Source: Planctomycetota bacterium (GTDB lineage: Bacteria > Planctomycetota > UBA1135 > UBA2386). Taken from it: DNA of 64,000 nucleotides. The stretch lies in contig CANMWZ010000021.1 in assembly GCA_947501605.1 (NCBI GenBank), positions 1 through 64,000 on the forward strand. Reading direction: 5' to 3'. Position numbers and translations under genes: made by a program. Under the pieces are notes generated by a model. It saw only the letters and a program-made list of their open reading frames with translations. It was not told the origin of the DNA and made no database searches. This document shows, in pieces, positions 1 to 9,127 of the stretch (within the stretch, counting starts at the first letter, position 1; every line of letters starts with the position of its first letter).

Positions 1-945
1 CGCGCCGACATGGAGCTCGTCAAGTTCCTCGCCGACCTTCGCGCCACCGAAGCGACACCCGCGCTGATCGGCGTACTACAACGGTTCTTCGACCATCCGG
101 AGCAGGTGCAGTCCGGGGCGCTGTCGACGCTGCTGCTGTATCGAACACACGAGACCCTGGTCACCCTCACGGGAGCTGTGTTCCCAGCCGAGCAGCCGAC
201 TCAGTGGCGCGAGTTCTGGGATCGCGAGCAGCAGAAACTCTTGGGTGACGAGCGCAAACAGGCCCGGCCGTCGAAGGCTGGCGACAAGACCGCTGCGTTC
301 TGTGGCATTCCGGCACAGGGCAGCCGCATCCTGTTCGTCGTCGACCTGTCAGGCAGCATGGAGTTCGCCATGAAGCAACTGGCCGGCGAGGACGCCGACG
401 ACACCAAGGGCGGCGGTACGCGGTTGGCGTTCGCGAAGCGGCAGATGAACAAGGTCATCGCCGAGATCCCCGCTGCATCGCGCATGAACTTCATCACGTT
501 CAACGGCCGCGCCGAGGCCCGGGTCTGGAACAAGGACCTCGTCGAGGCCAACGAGAAGAACAAGAAGAAGGCCCTCGAGTTCGTCGACGGCTGGACCGCG
601 GTCTACCCATCTCCCAATCAGCGCGACGGCGGCACCAACATGTGGTCTGGCCTCGAAGCCGCGCTGACCGTGACGACCCGCGTCTACGGCGAACGCCAGG
701 AGACCACGATCGACGAGATCTTCGTCGTATCCGACGGCGCGCCGAGCGTCGGCGAGATCCTCGACCCCATCGAGATTCTCCGCCTCGTCAACGAGGCCAA
801 TCGCTTCACGAAGATCCGCATCAACACGATCTTCATCACCTCGAAGGACGACCGCGACCCGCGCGAACTGTCGCTATCCCCGAGCGAACTGATGCGGCGC
901 ATGGCCGAGGAAAACGGCGGCCGCTTCGTCGAGTTCAAGAACTGA
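1..945 (+). CDS. VWA (von Willebrand factor A) domain protein with a HEAT-like N-terminal region, probably 5'-truncated by the window edge
   Basis: MIDAS-like motifs DLSGSM, GGTN and VSDGAP; the frame is open from base 1. Confidence 0.8.
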   Translation, partial: RADMELVKFLADLRATEATPALIGVLQRFFDHPEQVQSGALSTLLLYRTHETLVTLTGAVFPAEQPTQWREFWDREQQKLLGDERKQARPSKAGDKTAAFCGIPAQGSRILFVVDLSGSMEFAMKQLAGEDADDTKGGGTRLAFAKRQMNKVIAEIPAASRMNFITFNGRAEARVWNKDLVEANEKNKKKALEFVDGWTAVYPSPNQRDGGTNMWSGLEAALTVTTRVYGERQETTIDEIFVVSDGAPSVGEILDPIEILRLVNEANRFTKIRINTIFITSKDDRDPRELSLSPSELMRRMAEENGGRFVEFKN

Positions 946-1279
946 CGCGCTTGGCCGACCGCCGACCACGGGGCAACAGCGGCGCGGTAACCGCGATCAA
1001 CACTCCCACCGCGACCAGCGTCCACGCCGCGAAGTCACATTCGCGCAGCACCTCGGGCGGCGCCTCGGTCATCGCCATGGCCATCTGAACGTCGCCGCCT
1101 TGGAGGAAGATCGTCGCTTCGCCGATCGCCCGCCACAGGAAGAAGGTCTGCTGCACCTCGTTGGTCATGGCGCGCACGAGAGCAACCTGACCGTGCAGGA
1201 CGAGACCTGCGCCGAGCAAGACGCCGCCGAGCAGAGTAAGAAACCAACGCCCGAATCCGGCGACGAAGGTGCGCATCAA
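935..1279 (-). CDS. Small hypothetical membrane protein with two hydrophobic segments
   Basis: 114-aa ORF with hydrophobic N- and C-terminal stretches, directly downstream of the 1314-2042 gene. Confidence 0.55.
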   Translation of the reverse strand: MMRTFVAGFGRWFLTLLGGVLLGAGLVLHGQVALVRAMTNEVQQTFFLWRAIGEATIFLQGGDVQMAMAMTEAPPEVLRECDFAAWTLVAVGVLIAVTAPLLPRGRRSAKRVSS

Positions 1280-1313
1280 CGGCCCCCAGAAGGCGGTCTG
1301 TAAGACGTCGCCT

Positions 1314-2042
1314 TCACCGATCGATCGGGAACGTCTTGCACTCGCGCGAATCGAACACGGCCTGATAGCGCGGCGCCAACCGCCGCACGAGGTCTTCCGG
1401 CGTGCAGATCTGATCGGCAGTGATCTTTGCGGTCACCTCGCAGTCACCGGTCTGGTCCATGTTCGCAGTGTAGCGCAGCACCTTGCCCGGCAAACGCAGT
1501 CGGAACGTCACATCGAGCCCCTGCAGCTGCGCGCGTCGCCGCGCGAAGAAGTCCGCCGCAACGGGATCGATGGCGTCCTTCATCTGCTCGGCCTTGATGC
1601 GCGCGTCGGTCCAGGCCTTCTTGCCCTGTGGGTAGAGCGTCACTTCGATGGTGTCCGGTGCCGGTCCTGGACCAAAGTGCCACTCCGCCGCCGCGCCGAC
1701 GAGCGGACTCTGTCGCAGTGCCGACAGCGAAGTGAACTTCGCTTGCATCGACACCTTCTTGGTCGTGCCGTCCTCGGTCGTCTCGTGCGTCACCAACTCC
1801 AGCCCGCGGGTTGTGAGTTCTTGCTCCATCGACTCGCGCACAAACAGCACCTTCGTGTCGCTGGCCGCGCCGTTCTGATTGACGGAGGCCGCCAACCGCA
1901 CCGCATCGAGCGTCGCTTGCGGCGCCGACATCACGAAGTCCTGCGTTCCCGCGCCGACCTGGTCGATCGTGATCGTCTCCTCGATCTGCAGGCAGCCGGC
2001 AAGCCACAGGCACAGGAAGGGAGTCCCAACGCAGCGGTTCAT
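1314..2042 (-). CDS. Hypothetical lipoprotein
   Basis: Likely ATG at 2042 (MNRCVGTPFLCLWLAGC, lipobox LAGC) followed by LQIEETITIDQ; protein-like composition from this point of the longer ORF. Confidence 0.65.
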   Translation of the reverse strand: MNRCVGTPFLCLWLAGCLQIEETITIDQVGAGTQDFVMSAPQATLDAVRLAASVNQNGAASDTKVLFVRESMEQELTTRGLELVTHETTEDGTTKKVSMQAKFTSLSALRQSPLVGAAAEWHFGPGPAPDTIEVTLYPQGKKAWTDARIKAEQMKDAIDPVAADFFARRRAQLQGLDVTFRLRLPGKVLRYTANMDQTGDCEVTAKITADQICTPEDLVRRLAPRYQAVFDSRECKTFPIDR

Positions 2043-2203
2043 GCGTCCTGGATCGGCCGTTGCCATCGACCTGCTGGAGCCGTTCGCGACGAACAGCAGT
2101 CCGGGCAGCGCCACGGCACCGACCCCGGTTCTGGGCCAACCCTGTCCTGCTGCGCTGCGGTCGGCTACATCAGCAAGCTCCGACCTGCAGCAGCCCTGCC
2201 TTC

Positions 2204-3553
2204 GTGAACCCCGGCGAACTCGACCCCCACCGTGATCCCCTTGCCTACGTGCGCCACCATGCGCCGTGGCTCTGCGCGGCAGAACTCGGCACCTGCATCG
2301 TCGGCAGCCACGCGCTCGCGATTGCATGCCGTCGCGCCAGCGTCGCCGGGCCGACCCCCAAGGACCTCGACCTCGCCTGGGCCCTCGATGTCGATACCGG
2401 CCGCGCGGTGCTCGAACAGCATGGCGCCTTCGTGCCGACGACTACCGGCAACCTCGACCGGGGCACGCTGGCGGTCCGCGTTGGCGACCTGCGCGTAGAA
2501 CTCACGACGCTGCGCGCCGGCACACCGTCGATGCCGCTGCATCAGCGCATCGAGTGCGATCTCGAAGCGCGCGACATGACCTGCGGCGCTGTCGCGATCG
2601 AGGTCTCGACCGGCAAGGTCCACGATCCGCAGCACGGCCTCGCTGACTGGCGCGCCCGCAAGGTGGTGCCCGTCGGCGACGTGCGCGCGCGCGTCGAAGA
2701 GCATCCCGTTCGCTGGCTGCGCTACTACCGCAAGGCCCGCGAATGGGGCTTCGAGCTCGATCGCAGCGTGCGCAAGCTCGCGCTATCCCCCACGCTGTTC
2801 GACGCGCTGCCGCGAGAAGCGGTCGCCACCGAGTTGCGCGCAGCCTTGTTGCAGTGCGACTCGCCGGGCCGGTTCTTCGTCGAACTGTTCGAGGCCAACT
2901 TGTTGCAGCACCTGCTGCCCGAGCTCGCGTTGCAGTTCGACGGTCGCAGCGCCGGCCCGCAGCGCTGGCATCCAGAACTCAGCCAAGGCCTTCACCTCGT
3001 GCTGTCGCTGGAGTGGGCTGCCGAGCACTCTCGCGGCCTCGACGACCGCGATCGACTCGCGGTACTCGTCGCCGTGCTCTGCCACGATCTCGGCAAGGGC
3101 TACACCCGCGACCACGAACTGCCGTCGCACCCTGGGCACGAGGGCCTCGGCTTGGCGCCGCTCGCGACGATGCTGGATCGCTTTCCAGGCCTCGCCGACC
3201 AACGCTGCCGCTGGCTCGCCGCCAAGGTGTGCGAACTGCACTTGCTCGCGCGCCGTTTGCGCGAACTGCGTCCCGGCACGCTCGCGAGCCTCTACGACCA
3301 GCACTTCCGCGCCAAGGACTCGCCCCTTCAGTTGTTTGCGCTCGCCGTCGCCGCCGATGTTGCGGGTCGGTTGGGCAAGGCCGCCAGCGGTGAGCCAGAA
3401 CGCGTTCGCGTGCTCAGCGAACTGCAGCAACTGCGCACCTGTTGCGAGAGCGTTGATGCCACTTCCTTGCGGGCGCAGTTCGATGACGTCGAGGCCTTCA
3501 AAGCCGCGCTGCACGCCGCACGAGCCCGGGCGATCGCCGCGTCGTTCTTTTGA
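2204..3553 (+). CDS. Class II tRNA nucleotidyltransferase/poly(A) polymerase family protein with HD domain (CCA-adding enzyme-like, divergent)
   Basis: KDLDLA catalytic DxD, VELTTLR, DLEARDMT, DPQHGLADW, HPVRWLR, PQRWHPE and HD motif CHDLGKG; GTG start at 2204 inferred. Confidence 0.8.
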   Translation: MNPGELDPHRDPLAYVRHHAPWLCAAELGTCIVGSHALAIACRRASVAGPTPKDLDLAWALDVDTGRAVLEQHGAFVPTTTGNLDRGTLAVRVGDLRVELTTLRAGTPSMPLHQRIECDLEARDMTCGAVAIEVSTGKVHDPQHGLADWRARKVVPVGDVRARVEEHPVRWLRYYRKAREWGFELDRSVRKLALSPTLFDALPREAVATELRAALLQCDSPGRFFVELFEANLLQHLLPELALQFDGRSAGPQRWHPELSQGLHLVLSLEWAAEHSRGLDDRDRLAVLVAVLCHDLGKGYTRDHELPSHPGHEGLGLAPLATMLDRFPGLADQRCRWLAAKVCELHLLARRLRELRPGTLASLYDQHFRAKDSPLQLFALAVAADVAGRLGKAASGEPERVRVLSELQQLRTCCESVDATSLRAQFDDVEAFKAALHAARARAIAASFF

Positions 3554-3772
3554 TCGGTCGCCACTCGGATCGTTGCCGCGACCACAGTGCGTTGCGCGGT
3601 GACTCCGACGCTGCTGTTCGAGGTCAGCATGTCAGGCCCGTCACGCAGAAGGCGCCGCAACCACACGACGAATGCGTGGACACGATGCGGAGCCACTGCG
3701 AAGCACCATGCGAGCACGACCAGCGTGCTCGAGTGCACGACTGTGCGTCACGCCGCTTGACCCGCATCCGCG

Positions 3773-3812
3773 GCAGCATCTCGATCGTCGAGCAGCATCT
3801 CGATCGTCGAGC
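3773..3812. repeat. Perfect 19-bp tandem duplication (gcagcatctcgatcgtcga x2)
   Basis: Read directly at 3773-3791 and 3792-3810. Confidence 0.85.
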
Positions 3813-3884
3813 GCCAGTTGAAGAGCAGCCTCGTCGCCGATCGCGCCGGCAGCATGCGGGATGCCACGGGCGGCAAACCGCGTC

Positions 3885-4994
3885 TCACTTACCTGCTGCC
3901 CTCTTCACATCCGCCACCAACTTCCGGCACGCCGCGATCTCCTCTCGTGAGTAGGCGTCGTTCTGAACGACCTCCTGCGGGCTCCTCAGCAGCAGCGTGA
4001 CGAGAATGTCGGCGACGTAGTCGAGAACTTGTTCTCGAGTTCGGTCCTTCTTCAGCGCCTCCACTTTGAGGCCTTTGACCTGCGCTCTTGCTGCGGTCAT
4101 GTTCGCCTCGACCTGCGCAATCAACTCAGCTAGCGGCACGTCATCGCTGGCCGTGAGCGGCGTCAGCCAGCGCTCGAGTCGGGCATCGACCTGCGCCGCA
4201 ACCGCGTCCAGACTCTCGCGCAGCACGCGCTGCACGTCATCGACTGGAGCTTCGCGTTCGGCGGCCGTCGCCGGCGCCTTGCTCGCGGCGTGCTGCAGAA
4301 TGCGCTTCACCTCGGCACGCACGCCGACGGCTGCGGTGCGTCGTCCCGGTCGAGCACGAGCGTGCTCTTCCAGCATGGCTGCGGCCTTCCGGTGCGTGGG
4401 CTCGGCAAGCGGCGCACCAACTTCGAAGACACCGCGCAGCAGCGCGAGCCCGTTGAGTTCGACCTGACTGCCGATGGCCATCGCACTCGACGACGACTGC
4501 GCCCCGAACTGGCGCGAGAAGGCCAACAGCGTCGACGCGTCGTGCAAGGAAGCTTCGAAGGTGCCCTCGCGGCTGCATCCCCAACCGTGCGCCGCCGTCA
4601 GCTGGGCCAGCGAGAACAGCGGCGAGATCATCATGTCGCACGCGAGCAACCCATCGTCTCCCTCTTGGCCAAAGGTGCACTCGGTCGTGTGCGCGGCTTG
4701 TGCGAACAAACCCAGTTCGTTTGCGACCTTGGTGACCAGATCGTCCCAGGACGCCTCCTCGTAGCGGCGGGCGCGAGGATCCTCGGCGAGGGGCTCTGGC
4801 AACCTCACGTCATAGACCGAATCAACCCCCAGAGCACGCGGCAGCCCGTCGGCGGCGGCAAGGTAGAGGGTGGCGGCGTTGGGGCGCTTCACCGCCACCT
4901 TCGGGGCAGCAGGAACTTCTTGCGGAGGCGTCGCCATCAGGGAAGCCCCGATGAGCCACGTCAGGGGCAGCAATGCTCGATCCGTTGCTTGCAT
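3885..4994 (-). CDS. Hypothetical secreted alpha-helical protein
   Basis: 369-aa ORF with an N-terminal hydrophobic signal-like segment; no recognised motif. Confidence 0.65.
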   Translation of the reverse strand: MQATDRALLPLTWLIGASLMATPPQEVPAAPKVAVKRPNAATLYLAAADGLPRALGVDSVYDVRLPEPLAEDPRARRYEEASWDDLVTKVANELGLFAQAAHTTECTFGQEGDDGLLACDMMISPLFSLAQLTAAHGWGCSREGTFEASLHDASTLLAFSRQFGAQSSSSAMAIGSQVELNGLALLRGVFEVGAPLAEPTHRKAAAMLEEHARARPGRRTAAVGVRAEVKRILQHAASKAPATAAEREAPVDDVQRVLRESLDAVAAQVDARLERWLTPLTASDDVPLAELIAQVEANMTAARAQVKGLKVEALKKDRTREQVLDYVADILVTLLLRSPQEVVQNDAYSREEIAACRKLVADVKRAAGK

Positions 4995-5037
4995 GGTCGG
5001 TAACGCGTCATGCTAGCCACGGCGGAGGAGGGCGCTA

Positions 5038-6321
5038 CTAGCGGTGCTTGAGGTACCAGAGCTCCGCCTTTTTGAGTGCCTCGCTGTTGCTGTCGACATC
5101 GGCCAGCTCATCGATGCCGAAGGACTGACCGGCGATGACCGAGAGGGCCGCGACCGCCGCGCGCCTCCGGGTCGACAGGTCTGATCGCAGCGCCGTCAGC
5201 ACTTCAGTCATCGCGCTCATGCCGCGCTTGCCGAGGGCCTCGGCGCATGCCGTCACGTCAGCATCGCTCGACTGGTCCGACAGTGCCGCCAACATGACAA
5301 CGCGTGCACCGGTGATGGGGCCGGCGATCTTCTGGAACTTGCGGCGCAGAAACAGCACGGCAAACGCCGTGTCGACCGGTTGACTCGCGGCCTCGTCGCG
5401 CGCGCCGGCTCCTGGCAGCATGCCTGCTTTCAACGGCACACCCCAACCACCATCGACGCACTGACGCTCGACCAACATCGCCGCCCCGCTTGCGTACCAG
5501 TCAAGTCCGTCGACCGCCGTGACGTCGTTGAGGATCGCAGCGCGCTCGAGACCGTAGTGGAAGTACAGCGCGTGGGGCGCGCCGTAGGCCCCGATCGCCG
5601 CCTTGTGTTCGCCGAGCCACTTCCAGCCGCGCGCGATGCGGCGATCGACTTCGGCCAACGCTGACCGCCCTGGCCGATCGAGCGCCTGCCGACAGATCGA
5701 CAGCACGCCGATGCCAGCGGCCGTCATCGACGCCGTGGGGGCATCCGAGTCATCGGTGTAGCTGAAGCCGCCTTTGGAGCCCTGCAGGCGCTCGGTGGCC
5801 CTAGCGAGCGAGGACCACACGGTGCGCGACACGGCTAGTCCCATGCTCTCTGCCGCTCGCAAGCCAAGCGCTCCGTACTGCGTGTTGCTCAGGTCCGGGT
5901 TGCCGCCATGTGGCGAATAGCCGAAGGTGCCATCGTCGCAGTTCTTCAACAGCGCCTTCAGGTCCTGCTTCGCGAGCGCATCGCGATTCCGAAAGTCGAC
6001 GCCGGCCTCCATGACCATCAGTCGCAGCCCCAGCGCGTAGGTCCGGTCGGTGGTCGCCGTGGACAGCCGAACCAACGCGGCACTCAGAGTCGCGTCGCTG
6101 GAGGGGACTCCGTCATGAATCGCGGCCAAGCAGACGAGGCCCAAGACCCCTGGATCGGCTTGCGCCATGCCGATGCCCAAGTGCACCAACAGGGCCGGCC
6201 GCGCGCGTTCGAGAGTCTTCTGGATGCGCCCGTCGAGGTCGAGCTGCGCCGCCAGCGGAGAAAGGCAAGCACTCCCTGCCAGCCCGACCAAGCACCACAA
6301 CGAACGCAACCATCGATGCAT
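5038..6321 (-). CDS. Prenyltransferase/squalene-oxidase-repeat (alpha-alpha toroid) protein with C-terminal HEAT-like repeats
   Basis: DLSNTQYGALGL, QGSKGGFSY, TASMTAAG, YFHYGLER, QCVDGGW and DTAFAVLFL repeats; signal peptide. Confidence 0.75.
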   Translation of the reverse strand: MHRWLRSLWCLVGLAGSACLSPLAAQLDLDGRIQKTLERARPALLVHLGIGMAQADPGVLGLVCLAAIHDGVPSSDATLSAALVRLSTATTDRTYALGLRLMVMEAGVDFRNRDALAKQDLKALLKNCDDGTFGYSPHGGNPDLSNTQYGALGLRAAESMGLAVSRTVWSSLARATERLQGSKGGFSYTDDSDAPTASMTAAGIGVLSICRQALDRPGRSALAEVDRRIARGWKWLGEHKAAIGAYGAPHALYFHYGLERAAILNDVTAVDGLDWYASGAAMLVERQCVDGGWGVPLKAGMLPGAGARDEAASQPVDTAFAVLFLRRKFQKIAGPITGARVVMLAALSDQSSDADVTACAEALGKRGMSAMTEVLTALRSDLSTRRRAAVAALSVIAGQSFGIDELADVDSNSEALKKAELWYLKHR

Positions 6322-6398
6322 TTCCAGGTCTCCGTGGCGCTACCAAGCGAGCGCCATTGCAGCAGCCTACGCGCTCGCGCTCGGCGCGACAGCCCCGT

Positions 6399-8069
6399 TC
6401 AGCGCGCCAGAGCCTTGCTACTGAGCCAGCGTCCAGGCCGCGCCGTCGTTCCACTGCCGTCGCGCACGACGAGTTCCCCGTTGACGACAACGTGCACGAT
6501 GCCGGTCGGGTAGCGCTGCGGCTCGGCGTAGGTCGCCTCATCACGCACCGTCGCCGCGTCGAACACCACGACGTCGGCAAAGCCCAGAACGGCGATGCGG
6601 CCGCGACCCGCGAGTCCGGCTCGATCGGCCGGCATCGCTGTCATCTTGCGGATCGCGGTCGGCAAGTCGAAGAGCCCTTCGTCGCGGCAATAGACTCCTA
6701 GAACGCGCGGAAAAGTCCCGTACGAGCGCGGATGCGGTCGTTCGAGGACACGCCCCGTAGGCGCCATGCTGCGGCCGTCGGAGCCGACCATCACGAGCGG
6801 GTGCGCAAGCACGCGCGCGACGCCTTCCTTCTGCATGCCATGGCCGATGAACGACACGTCGGCATTGCTGGCCTCGAGAAGGCGCATGTATGCCTCGGCT
6901 GCATCGACCTTCCACACCGCAGCAATCTCGGCGAGCGACCTACCGACGCAGACTTCGTGGTCCTTCGCCGTCACGGCGGCGATGACGACGAGCTCGAAGC
7001 CACCCGGGTCGCTTTGTACATGGGGGCCGAGTTCGTCGCGCATGCGCGAACGCAGCGCTTGGTCCTGCAAGCGCCCGACGATCGCCTCGCTCCCGCCCTC
7101 TCGCGACCACGGCTCCAGCAAGATCGTCAGAGTCGTCGAGTAGGCCGTGTACGGATACGCGTCGGCCATCACGTCGACGCCGGCTTGGCGGGCGTTCTCG
7201 ATCCGAACGATCGCCTCGTCCAGCAGCTTCCAGTTGTCGCGCCCACACGCTTTCAGATGTGAGATCTGCACGCGGACGCCGGTCTTACGACCAACCTCGA
7301 TGGCTTCGTCGACGGCCTCGAGCAACCGATCCTCTTCGCTGCGCATGTGCGACGCGTAGAGCCCACCACGCGCCGCCACCGAACGCGCGAGGTGCTCGAT
7401 CTCCTCGGCAGGCGTGTAGATGCCCGGGACGTACTCCAGTCCGGTCGAGAGCCCGATCGCCCCTTGGTCGAGCGCGGTCTCCAGCAACTGCGTCATGGCT
7501 GCGAGTTCGACCGTCGTCGCTCGGCGATCGACCGCTCCGAGCACGGCGCGACGAAGCGTGCCGTGACCGACCAGCAGCGCGTGATTGAGGGCCGGGTCCG
7601 CGCTTGCCCAGGCCGCCGCGTACGAGCGAACATCGGTCCAGCGCGGCGTCACACTTCCGGCATCTTCCTCGTCACCCTCCTGCCGCGGCGCCGCCGAGCC
7701 GCCGCAGTTGCCGGTGATCTCCGTGGTCACGCCTTGGCGAACGCGGCTCTCGGCACCGGGGTGGCGAAAGATCGACGAGTCGGAGTGCGTGTGCACATCG
7801 ACAAAGCCAGGCGCCACCACGAGACCGCGCACGTCGAGCGTGGTGCTCGCGTCGCTGGCGTCGTAGCTACCGATCCCGACGATGCGGTCACCGACGATGG
7901 CAACATCGGCCACGAAAGCAGGGCCGCCGCTGCCGTCGATGACTGAGCCACCCCGCAGCAAGAGGTCGATGGGTTGGCCCTTCTGCAAACCCTCCGTTCG
8001 AGCCACAGCGCAGGCGGCGGCGAGCAGCGAAGCGCCGAGGAAGAGCTGACGACGATCGATCCACTTCAT
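6399..8069 (-). CDS. N-acyl-D-amino-acid deacylase (D-aminoacylase, amidohydrolase family)
   Basis: APGFVDVHTHSD, QGVTTEITGNCG, SHMRSE, QISHLK, DAYPY, HPRSYGTFPR; N-terminal RR plus a lipobox-like signal. Confidence 0.9.
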   Translation of the reverse strand: MKWIDRRQLFLGASLLAAACAVARTEGLQKGQPIDLLLRGGSVIDGSGGPAFVADVAIVGDRIVGIGSYDASDASTTLDVRGLVVAPGFVDVHTHSDSSIFRHPGAESRVRQGVTTEITGNCGGSAAPRQEGDEEDAGSVTPRWTDVRSYAAAWASADPALNHALLVGHGTLRRAVLGAVDRRATTVELAAMTQLLETALDQGAIGLSTGLEYVPGIYTPAEEIEHLARSVAARGGLYASHMRSEEDRLLEAVDEAIEVGRKTGVRVQISHLKACGRDNWKLLDEAIVRIENARQAGVDVMADAYPYTAYSTTLTILLEPWSREGGSEAIVGRLQDQALRSRMRDELGPHVQSDPGGFELVVIAAVTAKDHEVCVGRSLAEIAAVWKVDAAEAYMRLLEASNADVSFIGHGMQKEGVARVLAHPLVMVGSDGRSMAPTGRVLERPHPRSYGTFPRVLGVYCRDEGLFDLPTAIRKMTAMPADRAGLAGRGRIAVLGFADVVVFDAATVRDEATYAEPQRYPTGIVHVVVNGELVVRDGSGTTARPGRWLSSKALAR

Positions 8070-9127
8070 GATGGCACCGGCAATGCGCCCAGCCCTGGAC
8101 GCGACAAGGTGGACATGCGGCCTTCGCGAATGGCAAAGCCGCCTTCGTACGGATCGGCCGCCAGATCGAGGCTGCCGTCAAGGTCGAGGAAGCGCGTGGC
8201 GTTGCATGCGAACGCGGTGTGCAGCGCCGCGGCGATCCCGAGCGCACTTTCGTCATTGCAGCCCCACATGATCGCAAGGCCATGGCGTTCGCAGGCGCGC
8301 GCAAGGCGCAAAGCGGCGCGCGGTCCGCCGCACTTCTGCAGCTTGATGTTGACGACTCCGAACGGACAGCCGGCGGCGACCAACTCGTCGAGGGCGCGTT
8401 CGTCATGCACGCTCTCGTCGGCGCACAGCATGAGCTGCACATGGCGGGGCAACGTGCGCAAGAACGACTCCTGCCCCCGAGGCATCGGTTGCTCGATCAT
8501 CTCGAGGTCCAGGTCGTTGGCTCGCGCCGCGAGCCGCAACATAGCGCGTTCGTCGTAGCCCTGGTTGGCGTCAGCACGCAACTGCACGCGGGCGCCGAAG
8601 CGCTCGCGCAGCCGGGTGAGCCGTTCGAGGTCGAGGTCGATCGACTCGCCAATCTTGACCTTGAGCGCGGTGAAGCCACGCGCGACGTACTCGTTCGCTT
8701 CCAGAAGCGTCTCGGCCACCGGCTTGCAGCCGATCGTGATCGAAGTCGCGAGATGCGCGTGCACCCGGCCGAAGTGCTCGACCAGCGGCAGCGCCCGCCG
8801 GCTTGCGCCGAGATCGCACAAGGCCATGTCGATCGCCGCACGCGCACCGGGGCCAGCAACGCGCTGCTCCAAGTCCACCACCACCGCGGCGTCGTCCAGG
8901 TCGCGCCCGACTAGCCACGAGGCCCTGCGCAACTCGGCGAGCGCAGCGTCGCGCGTTTCCCCCGTGACCTCGACTGCGGGCGCGGCCATTCCGTGCCCTT
9001 GTTGACCGTCATCACCGCGCACGATGACAAAGGCCAACTCCACCGCGTCCCAGTGCCCGTTGGCAATCGCGTACGGCCGCGACAACGGCACGTCGAAGGC
9101 GCGCGCCGATACGGTCGCGATCCTCAT
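8066..9127 (-). CDS. Dipeptide epimerase / N-acyl-amino-acid racemase (enolase superfamily, L-Ala-D/L-Glu epimerase or DgcA-like)
   Basis: LKVKIG, DANQG, IEQP, ADES, NIKLQKCGG, GCNDES, DLDG; ATG at 9127 overlaps the upstream stop. Confidence 0.88.
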   Translation of the reverse strand: MRIATVSARAFDVPLSRPYAIANGHWDAVELAFVIVRGDDGQQGHGMAAPAVEVTGETRDAALAELRRASWLVGRDLDDAAVVVDLEQRVAGPGARAAIDMALCDLGASRRALPLVEHFGRVHAHLATSITIGCKPVAETLLEANEYVARGFTALKVKIGESIDLDLERLTRLRERFGARVQLRADANQGYDERAMLRLAARANDLDLEMIEQPMPRGQESFLRTLPRHVQLMLCADESVHDERALDELVAAGCPFGVVNIKLQKCGGPRAALRLARACERHGLAIMWGCNDESALGIAAALHTAFACNATRFLDLDGSLDLAADPYEGGFAIREGRMSTLSRPGLGALPVPS

